Shown: positions 10,288 through 16,996 of the stretch, in pieces
Layout of the letters: every line of letters begins with the position of its first letter
How positions within the stretch are numbered: position 1 is the first letter of the stretch
Source: Candidatus Poriferisodalis sp.
GTDB taxonomy: Bacteria > Actinomycetota > Acidimicrobiia > Acidimicrobiales > Poriferisodalaceae
Direction of reading: 5' to 3'
Length of the DNA: 32,000 nt
NCBI RefSeq assembly: GCF_965208555.1
Contig: NZ_OZ242342.1
Location: 2,253,544-2,285,543, forward strand
Translations under genes and position numbers: made by a program
The notes under the pieces: generated by a model
Database searches by the model: none
The model's input: only the letters and a program-made list of their open reading frames with translations
Told to the model about the DNA's origin: nothing

Positions 10288-12286
10288 GACTTCGACCCAC
10301 GCCTACGAACGGTTGGACGAGATTGCCAACCGAAACTTCCCAGGTCGCGTCGTTCGCAAGGACCTTGTGCGACAGGTGAAGGTGGGAGCCAGCGTTCCTG
10401 TCTACGTTCTTGAGTTTCTCCTCGGCAGGTACTGCGCGTCTGACGACACTGCTGCCATCGAGGCTGGACTTGCAGTTGTCAATCAGACACTCGCAGAGAA
10501 CTTCATCCGCCCGGACGAGTCCGAGAAGGCCAAGGCAGAACTCAAGAAGAAGGGCAAGCACCGATTGATCGACAAGGTCGACGTGCGCTTCGTGGAGGGC
10601 GATAAGAAGTTCTGGGCGACGCTCCACAACTTTGGCTCTCGGTACGTCAACGTTCCTGAGGAGATCGTGTACAAGTACGACCGTCTCTTGGGCGGTGGTG
10701 CTTGGTGCCAGCTCGACCTAGTCTACAACGACCTTGAAGACGCGGCTCAGAAGACGCCGTTCTACATCTCGGCGCTCAAACCCATCCAGGTCGCAGCGTT
10801 CGACTACGACTTCTACGTCGAGGCTCGCGACGGATTCAGCCGCGATGACTGGCTCGACCTCATCATGCGCACCGTTGGTCTCGAGCCAACGGAATACGAC
10901 TTGCGCGGCAAGCTGCTCGCGCTCACGCGGTTGATTCCCATGGCCGAGCGCAACTACAACCTCATCGAGCTAGGCCCGTGGGGCACTGGCAAGTCATTTG
11001 TGTTTCGCGAGTCGAATCCGAACACCATCCTGATCTCGGGAGGCAAAGTCACTGTCGCGCAGCTCTTTGTCAACATGTCGACGGGTCGCGTAGGCCTGCT
11101 CGGCACATGGGATGTCGTCGCCTTCGACGAGGTTGCCGGCCTCCAGATGTCGGACTCGACGGTGATCAACATGCTCAAAGACTTCATGGAGTCCGGTTCG
11201 TTTGCTCGCGGCAAGGAGGAGATCCCGGCTGAGGCGTCCATCGTGTATGTCGGCAATACGTCGAAGCCACACGAGGAGTTGGTCCGAACAGCGCATCTCT
11301 TCGCTGATCTACCACCGTCGATGATCGATCCCGCGTTCTTGGATCGGCTGCACTACTACGTGCCAGGCTGGGAGACCCCGAAGCTTGAAAAGAGGCTCTT
11401 CACGAACCACTTCGGATTTGTGTCTGACTACTTCGCTGAGGCGCTACGACAGCTACGGAAACAGAGCTACGTACGGGCGATCGACACCGACTTCAGCCTT
11501 GGCTCCCATCTGGCAGCGCGCGACGAGAAGGCCGTGCGCAAGACCGTCTCCGGCTTGCTGAAGATTTTGCATCCGCACGGAAAGTGGAGCCATGGAGAGC
11601 TCCGCGAGTACCTCGAGTTTGCCCTCGAGGGCCGGCGGCGGGTAAAGGAGCAGCTTAGGAAGCTGGCCGCTCATGACTACGCAAAAACCGCCTTTTCCTA
11701 CGTCGAGAACGACACAGGCCGAGAGATTTGGGTCGATGTTCCAGAACAGCCCGAGGCATTTGACGCTGAGGAGGCCGTCGCCGAGGACGCTTCAGCGAGC
11801 GATTCAAGTCTCAGCATTGCTGAGCTTGTCGCGGCGGGCGAAAGTAAGACGGTTGAGTTCAAGCGATCCGCCCGCTATAACGAACACACAGGTGTTCGGG
11901 ATAAGAACATCGAACGCGCTGTGGTCAAGACCGTCGCGGGCTTCATGAACGCTGCCGGTGGAGTATTGCTCATCGGTGTAAATGATGACGGCTCCGTTTC
12001 GGGCATTGAGATTGACTACCCACTAACTGGAAACAAGGGTCGAGACGGCTTCGAAAACTGGCTCATTACCAAGCTTGAGCAGGAACTAGGCAAGACGCCC
12101 ACAGCATCATTACTGTATGTCACATTTGAGCAGACTGAGGATGGCGACATATGTCGGGTCGACATCGAGCCCTCCGACCAACCCGTATACATGGGCGGCG
12201 AAGCAGATTTCTACGTTCGTATGGGCAACTCCACACGCTCATACAACACGCGTGATGCGCTCACCTATATCCAAGCGCATTGGTGA
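10265..12286 (+). CDS. brxL: BrxL-family AAA+ protein with a non-canonical C-terminal AlbA_2/Schlafen-like domain in place of the Lon-like domain
   Basis: N-terminal motifs match BrxL: NFPGRVVRKDL, VPVYVLEFLLGRYC, Walker A GPWGTGKS (nt ~10975-10998), Walker B VVAFDEVAG, EGRRRVKEQLRKL and FSYVENDTGREIWVDVPEQ. After an acidic/Ser-rich linker, the C-terminal ~165 aa read AELVAAGESKTVEFKRSARYN...VKTVAGFMNAAGGVLLIGVNDDGSVSGIE, which is AlbA_2-like. Only TTG starts are available, at 10265 or 10280. The second has GGAAGA 5 nt upstream. Confidence 0.85.
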   Translation: MWKTTLTETSTHAYERLDEIANRNFPGRVVRKDLVRQVKVGASVPVYVLEFLLGRYCASDDTAAIEAGLAVVNQTLAENFIRPDESEKAKAELKKKGKHRLIDKVDVRFVEGDKKFWATLHNFGSRYVNVPEEIVYKYDRLLGGGAWCQLDLVYNDLEDAAQKTPFYISALKPIQVAAFDYDFYVEARDGFSRDDWLDLIMRTVGLEPTEYDLRGKLLALTRLIPMAERNYNLIELGPWGTGKSFVFRESNPNTILISGGKVTVAQLFVNMSTGRVGLLGTWDVVAFDEVAGLQMSDSTVINMLKDFMESGSFARGKEEIPAEASIVYVGNTSKPHEELVRTAHLFADLPPSMIDPAFLDRLHYYVPGWETPKLEKRLFTNHFGFVSDYFAEALRQLRKQSYVRAIDTDFSLGSHLAARDEKAVRKTVSGLLKILHPHGKWSHGELREYLEFALEGRRRVKEQLRKLAAHDYAKTAFSYVENDTGREIWVDVPEQPEAFDAEEAVAEDASASDSSLSIAELVAAGESKTVEFKRSARYNEHTGVRDKNIERAVVKTVAGFMNAAGGVLLIGVNDDGSVSGIEIDYPLTGNKGRDGFENWLITKLEQELGKTPTASLLYVTFEQTEDGDICRVDIEPSDQPVYMGGEADFYVRMGNSTRSYNTRDALTYIQAHW

Positions 12287-12395
12287 GAACAAATCAACGT
12301 CGGACTACGACGCAGCCCTCGACTACAACGTAGCAACCCATCCCATTTTGCCAGATTGCTAACCAGCAGAGCGAACAGACGGAAGGACTCAAGAC

Positions 12396-13376
12396 ATGGA
12401 TGCTAAAGGCGATGGGGAAACGGCCGAGAACTCAAACGATCGAACAATAGGCTCCGATGACTTTTTTGGGCCGTGGGAGCCAGCGCCAATTCAATCGTTA
12501 GACGAGTTTCTCCAACTCATCCGTGACACGTTTTCGCGCTGGAGTTCCAAAGATGTGCACTATGCCTGGCGCGGTGTTCAGAATGCGGGTTGGCCGTTAC
12601 ACAGCGCACTCTATCGACGGATGATTTGGACAAACCCACATCAAACATATGAAACAAGCCTAGAGAGGCTTGAGGGCAAGATCTTAGCTGATGCCAACCG
12701 TTGGGGTTTGCATTTCTTGGATCGAGCACACTTGCCGGTGTTATATCAGTTGGCGATGCTCCAGCATTTTGGTGCTCCTACCCGGCTGATTGATGTCACG
12801 TTTAATCCGCTCATTGCTTTGTATTTTGCAGTTGAGGCTAAAGAAGATACTCCAGGAACGGATACTCATGCCAGCGATGACGGCCGACTCTTTATTTTCG
12901 ATGTTTCGAATCGATTAATCAATGAGTCGAATCGCATTGAGCGTCAATGGGAGCTGGTGTCCAAGAGACCGTGGCGCTCGACAGTGAAGGGCGTCAAGGA
13001 TTGGAGTACTCGCTACTGGGCATGGCGTCCAGCCGCTATTGAGGCGCGATTCTCAGCGCAAAATAGTGGCTTTATCTTTGGAGGCGTGCCTAAGACGGGA
13101 AGTATAACTTGGCCAAAATCGACGTTGCCCGGTGACACTTGGGGCATTGAGACGGTGAAACGCTTCACGTCGGTACCACTCCGGCTGCACAAGCTCGAAA
13201 TGAACGCTGGCCGTCCGCCACATAATCCTACAATGACCGTTCGAGTAGATGCCGATGCCAAAGTCAGGATTCGTGAAGAGCTGGGACAATGGTTTGATAT
13301 CGAAGCGCGAACCGTGTTTCCCGATTATCCGGGATTCGCCGAGCGCGGAGTGTCAGGCCTAAAACGTGGCTTATAG
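12396..13376 (+). CDS. FRG-domain protein
   Basis: This is a 326-aa ORF with GGAAGGA 8 nt upstream of the ATG. It has YAWRGVQNAGWPLHSALYRR (a WRG variant of the FRG motif), LAMLQHFGAPTRLIDVTFNPLIALYFAV and ARFSAQNSGFIF. The C-terminal IREELGQWFDIEARTVFPDYPGFAE matches the FRG family (PF08867) pattern as I recall it. It has the lowest GC in the window. Confidence 0.8.
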   Translation: MDAKGDGETAENSNDRTIGSDDFFGPWEPAPIQSLDEFLQLIRDTFSRWSSKDVHYAWRGVQNAGWPLHSALYRRMIWTNPHQTYETSLERLEGKILADANRWGLHFLDRAHLPVLYQLAMLQHFGAPTRLIDVTFNPLIALYFAVEAKEDTPGTDTHASDDGRLFIFDVSNRLINESNRIERQWELVSKRPWRSTVKGVKDWSTRYWAWRPAAIEARFSAQNSGFIFGGVPKTGSITWPKSTLPGDTWGIETVKRFTSVPLRLHKLEMNAGRPPHNPTMTVRVDADAKVRIREELGQWFDIEARTVFPDYPGFAERGVSGLKRGL

Positions 13377-13638
13377 GGGTTCGGTGACTTGTACCTTTGA
13401 TTCTCCAGCAAATCGCCTTGATGGAGACTCAATCGTTGAGGCTGGGTTGGATCTGGACGGGTAGTGTGCCGCTCCTAAAGTTCATGGCGACAACCGGGTT
13501 TGGAATACTGATCGTCGAGCCAGGTCTCTAGCGAGCTGCTATATGTCTCCTTGGCGATAGCTGAGTAGAAGCCAGCGCTAGTCGTGGGATTTCCCATGTG
13601 GCCTAATGGACGTCGAACCCTGTCTCTACGGTTGAGGT

Positions 13639-14385
13639 GTGGCTGACAAGTCGGCGATCGAGTGGACCGAGGCGACGTGGAACCCGACCACGGGCTGCGA
13701 TCGGGTGTCGCCGGGCTGCGACCGCTGCTATGCGCAGACCCTGGCCAAGCGGCTCAAGGCGATGGGGTCGCCCAAGTACCAGAACGACGGCGACCCGGCG
13801 ACGAGCGGGCCGGGCTTCAAGCTCACCTTGCATCGGTCATCGCTCGACGTGCCTCGACGCTGGAGCGCACCCCGCCTCGTGTTCGTGGACTCGATGAGCG
13901 ATCTCTTCCATGACGATGTGCCGCCCGAGTTCATCGCGCAGGTCTTCGAGGTGATCCGCCAGACGCCCCAGCACACCTACCAGGTGCTCACCAAGCGAGC
14001 GCAGCGGCTGAGCCGGATCGCAGGCGATCTCGACTGGCCGTCGAACCTGTGGATGGGCGTGAGCGTGGAGACTCGCCGGTACGCCTTCCGCATCGATCAC
14101 CTGCACAAGGTGCCTGCAGCGGTGAGGTTCGTGAGCGCCGAGCCGTTGCTCGGCCCGCTCGGCGAGCTCGATCTGGCAGGCATCGACTGGGTGATTGCCG
14201 GCGGCGAGTCCGGTGCCGGCGCCCGGCCCATGGAGCTGGAGTGGGTCACCGAGCTGCGCGACAGGTGCACGGCGGCGGGCGTGGCGTTCTTCTTCAAGCA
14301 GTGGGGAGGCAGGACGCCCAAGGCCGGCGGTCGGGAGCTCGAGGGCGAGGTGTGGAACGAGCTGCCGGCGGGGGTGGCGAGCTAG
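13639..14385 (+). CDS. DUF5131 / phage Gp37-Gp68 family three-Cys protein
   Basis: GTG start, 248 aa. The N-terminus SAIEWTEATWNPTTGCDRVSPGCDRCYAQ carries the three-Cys motif. Downstream segments VFVDSMSDLFH, YQVLTKR, FVSAEPLLGPL, DWVIAGGESG and FFFKQWGG are characteristic of this family. Confidence 0.85.
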   Translation: MADKSAIEWTEATWNPTTGCDRVSPGCDRCYAQTLAKRLKAMGSPKYQNDGDPATSGPGFKLTLHRSSLDVPRRWSAPRLVFVDSMSDLFHDDVPPEFIAQVFEVIRQTPQHTYQVLTKRAQRLSRIAGDLDWPSNLWMGVSVETRRYAFRIDHLHKVPAAVRFVSAEPLLGPLGELDLAGIDWVIAGGESGAGARPMELEWVTELRDRCTAAGVAFFFKQWGGRTPKAGGRELEGEVWNELPAGVAS

Positions 14386-14652
14386 CTGGAGGCAGTTCTC
14401 AGCCGAGTCTCGGCGCAGAGCGGGTATCCGCTGATCTGGGCGGGTTCAGAATTGCGTTGCCAAGGCCGCGGGAATGCCAATACTGTGAGCGTCGTAAGCC
14501 CCTCGTCGGCCTCTCGTTGAAGCTGCTTGGGGCAGAATTTGGGGGGCGACGTCAACTGTGGCGGCGCCCCCCGATTGCTTTCCCTACGAGAGTTCGGTTA
14601 CGCCGCCGGCCGAGCGCTCTGCGGATCCGAGCTGACGGTAGGCAGCACGCGA

Positions 14653-14675
14653 GCTTCGGCTGAAGCCGTTTTTCC
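14653..14675 (+). terminator. Weak intrinsic-terminator-like hairpin followed by a T5 tract
   Basis: GCTTC-ggct-GAAGC is followed by cgTTTTT. The stem is only 5 bp, and it lies ~270 nt downstream of the DUF5131 stop. Confidence 0.3.
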
Positions 14676-14695
14676 GATACCGTGAGGGCACCCCA

Positions 14696-14741
14696 CCGGG
14701 GCGCGTAGCCCCGGTCCGACGGCCCCGACTTCGGTCGGGGC
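14696..14741. terminator. Two tandem GC-rich hairpins between convergent genes
   Basis: The first is CCGGGGC-gcgta-GCCCCGG (14696-14714). The second is GCCCCGAC-ttcg-GTCGGGGC (14722-14741), followed by tgttt on the + strand. They lie immediately 3' of the minus-strand MBL gene stop at 14752. Confidence 0.45.
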
Positions 14742-14751
14742 TGTTTAGCGT

Positions 14752-15429
14752 CTAGGCCTCGAATGCCTGGGGGTCGTGGCTGAAGTGGGCCCGGGCTGGG
14801 TTCAGGGAGCGCAGCCGGGCAACGGATTCCAGGCCGACGGAGTGCCAGGCAGAATCGTGCATGTCGTCTGCAGTTGTTGTAGCCGCGGCGAACTCTGCGC
14901 ACGAGTAGCAGGCCTGGCCGACGACGATCTCGAGGCCTCGTTTCGTCTGCACGGCGATCGAGAGGTGGCCGGGGGAGTGGCCTGGGGTATGCAGCACTCG
15001 GACTCCGTCCGCAATCAGCTCGCCGTCAGCGGCGAGTCGGAGGCGGCTCGGCTCGATGTGAGCCCACTCGGGCACCGTGTAGCGCTCGGTGGTCGACACC
15101 CGCAGCTCAGCTTCGGTGACCCAAACCGGGGCGTGGCCGAGGAGATGGTTCTGGCCGCAGTGGTCGAAGTGCAGATGCGTGTTGACCACCGCGGCAACGT
15201 CACGCTCATCGAACCCGGCGGCGGCGAGCACGCTCGTGATCACCGCCACGTCCGGCGCATATAACTCGTCGATGAGCGGGTGGCCGGCCCTCGGGCCGGT
15301 GTCAACCACGATGACCCCGTCGGGGTGATCGATGACGTAGCAGCAGATCTCGCAGATTTGCTCCGCGGCTCGTGGGTGGCTCTGCGGCAGGCTCATGCGG
15401 CCGAGCCGGAGCTGGTGGACAGCAGTCAT
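14752..15429 (-). CDS. MBL-fold metallo-hydrolase (N-acyl-homoserine-lactonase-like)
   Basis: It has the HxHxDH motif in NTHLHFDHCGQNH, and HTPGHSPGH. I prefer the start MTAVHQLRLG at 15429. The maximal ORF extends to 15510 and would crowd the divergent promoter region. Confidence 0.8.
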   Translation of the reverse strand: MTAVHQLRLGRMSLPQSHPRAAEQICEICCYVIDHPDGVIVVDTGPRAGHPLIDELYAPDVAVITSVLAAAGFDERDVAAVVNTHLHFDHCGQNHLLGHAPVWVTEAELRVSTTERYTVPEWAHIEPSRLRLAADGELIADGVRVLHTPGHSPGHLSIAVQTKRGLEIVVGQACYSCAEFAAATTTADDMHDSAWHSVGLESVARLRSLNPARAHFSHDPQAFEA

Positions 15430-15525
15430 TGCGCTGCAATTGTCGACGAATCGTGACCCCGTCACGTCAACCATCGCCCAGAGTGCCCGCCTAGGCCTTC
15501 GCATCGCCAAAATCGCTTTGCTGGC

Positions 15526-15547
15526 ATTATCGCAATAATGCGATTAT
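15526..15547. promoter_or_regulatory. Imperfect 22-bp palindrome; candidate operator and -10 region of the toxin-antitoxin operon
   Basis: In ATTATCGCAATAATGCGATTAT, 9 of 11 positions are self-complementary. It ends 8 nt before the GTG at 15555. The overlapping TATCCT (15545-15550) fits the actinobacterial TANNNT -10, which implies a leaderless or near-leaderless transcript. Confidence 0.35.
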
Positions 15548-15554
15548 CCTTCCC

Positions 15555-15878
15555 GTGGCAGACGTCGAGATTCACGACGAGGTAGCGGAGTGGCTCAATC
15601 AGCTCAACGAAGCCGACTGGCACCGCGTCGTCGTGATCATCGACAGGCTTGCCGAACTGGGCGCAATGGCACGAATGCCGTTGTCGCGAAGTCTCGGCGG
15701 CGGTCTGTTCGAGCTGCGGTTCACGCTCGGGCCGACATCCCGACGCATTACGTACCGATTCACGATGGACGGTCGCGTAGTGCTCCTGACGACGTTTCGC
15801 AAACAGCGCGACAACGAGCGCATCGAGATCGCTCGGGCGCGTCGTGTTGCCGCCGAGTGCGCGGGTAGCGATCCGTGA
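15555..15878 (+). CDS. Type II toxin, RelE/ParE superfamily (Gp49/HigB-like)
   Basis: GTG start, 107 aa. The pattern LGGGLFELRF...RRITYRF..DGRVVLLTTFRKQ matches the phage Gp49-like RelE-fold toxin family. An HTH gene follows 12 nt downstream. Confidence 0.75.
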   Translation: MADVEIHDEVAEWLNQLNEADWHRVVVIIDRLAELGAMARMPLSRSLGGGLFELRFTLGPTSRRITYRFTMDGRVVLLTTFRKQRDNERIEIARARRVAAECAGSDP

Positions 15879-15890
15879 GGGAGCCGGGCT

Positions 15891-16211
15891 GTGGCTAATC
15901 GATCTCGTTGGGAGGATGTCAAGGCGGGTCGCGGTGAGCCTTCTCCTGTGACGCGTGCCGCCGTCGAGCAGGATCTCGCCCTGGGTCAGCTCATTCACGA
16001 TCTCCGGGTGCAGGCGGGTCTGAGCCAGCGGGAGCTCGCCGACCGCATGGGCACTACGCAGTCGGTGATCTCCCGCCTGGAAGAGGGCGGCGGCGCACGC
16101 AATCGGATCGACACCCTCGCCCGTGTGGCGTCCGGGCTAGACCGACATCTCGTGCTGTCATTTCCCGCAGAACCGCCCGGCCAGCTTCACGACGCAGTGC
16201 AAGTCGCCTGA
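15891..16211 (+). CDS. XRE-family HTH antitoxin
   Basis: GTG start, 106 aa. LRVQAGLSQRELADRMGTTQSVISRLEEG is a classic Cro/C1 helix-turn-helix. It sits immediately downstream of the RelE-like toxin, in HigBA-type order. Confidence 0.75.
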   Translation: MANRSRWEDVKAGRGEPSPVTRAAVEQDLALGQLIHDLRVQAGLSQRELADRMGTTQSVISRLEEGGGARNRIDTLARVASGLDRHLVLSFPAEPPGQLHDAVQVA

Positions 16212-16233
16212 ACCTTCCTAGGTATCGCTCACG

Positions 16234-16608
16234 TCAGCCGGCGACGAGTTGCTGGACCCGTTGGTGGGACACGCCCAGCAGACGAGCCGCATCACGGCGT
16301 GAAACACCGGCATCGGTGAGGCGCAGCGCTGCGGCGCGTTGACAAGCCAGGTAGATCTCGTGGGCCTCCAGTGCCTGGTCGCGCAGGCGTACGAGTTCGT
16401 CGACATCGACGTCCGCAACGTCGATGCGCTCGTCGAGCTCCACAGCGGATTCGGGGACATCGACGGTGACAGCAATGGCCTCGCGGGCATTCGTTGCCGC
16501 TTCGTCGAGGTTCCGGCCGAACGTGTGAACGTCGGCCATGCCGTCGATGTCGACGAGCCAAGCGTTGTCGCCGGGGTCGCGCCGGTACGTCACTGCGTAA
16601 GTGGTCAT
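16234..16608 (-). CDS. HicB-like (UPF0150) antitoxin-fold protein with a C-terminal HTH
   Basis: I prefer the start MTTYAVTYRRDPGDNAWLVDIDGMADVHTFGRNLDEAATNAREAI, which is HicB-like. The C-terminus is SRRDAARLLGVSHQRVQQL. The ORF-track start at 16680 adds 24 non-conserved-looking residues. Confidence 0.6.
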   Translation of the reverse strand: MTTYAVTYRRDPGDNAWLVDIDGMADVHTFGRNLDEAATNAREAIAVTVDVPESAVELDERIDVADVDVDELVRLRDQALEAHEIYLACQRAAALRLTDAGVSRRDAARLLGVSHQRVQQLVAG

Positions 16609-16745
16609 CGCCTCAACTCGTCGTCGATAATGTGTCAACCGCACTAGACAGACTAGTTGGCACCCGATCTTGCAGGGCATTCATCCCGGCATTGGATCGG
16701 GCCGCGGCTTCCCTGAGGGGCGCAGCGAACAGGAGGACTCTGCTG

Positions 16746-16904
16746 ATGCCGAGCACCAAGAAGTTCAGCGAATTGCGGGACGAGGCACGTCGCGATCCCG
16801 AGCGCGCCCGGCGGATCGAAGAGGCCAAGCTGCGAGCTCTGGCGGAGTTGCGTCAGGACGACCGGGCGATCTTCCCACGGCGGAGGATGCCGAACTCGAG
16901 CTAG
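16746..16904 (+). CDS. Hypothetical 52-aa protein
   Basis: A strong Shine-Dalgarno AGGAGGA (16731-16737) lies 8 nt upstream of the ATG. The N-terminus MPSTKKFSELRDEARRDPERARRIEEAKL resembles the leader segment of many HTH antitoxins, but no HTH follows. It may be a gene remnant. Confidence 0.3.
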   Translation: MPSTKKFSELRDEARRDPERARRIEEAKLRALAELRQDDRAIFPRRRMPNSS

Positions 16905-16996
16905 CGCAGAGGCCGCCGGTGAGCGCTGTTTGACGGGGGAGTGGTTAGGGGTTCTGTCCCCTGGCTGTCTAGTAGTGGTAACTACAATCAGTCTGA

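Larger units (their letters stand above)
1..13620. other. Lower-GC BREX defence island; only the right boundary is visible, at ~13.4-13.64 kb
   Basis: Hand counts of individual 60-nt lines give ~48% GC in brxB, ~63-65% in pglX/pglZ, ~53% in brxL and ~45% in the FRG gene. A line at 20.1 kb gives ~75%. The switch occurs in the 13377-13638 spacer. No integrase, tRNA or flanking repeat is visible in the window. Confidence 0.6.

Noticed and set aside
13475-13597. A 40-codon minus-strand ORF in the island junction, and a possible tRNA-like GGTTCGA string near 13610-13630.
   Set aside because: The ORF has no recognisable similarity or SD. The GGTTCGA string lacks complementary T-arm flanks and any acceptor or anticodon arms, so it is not a tRNA or att remnant that I can support.
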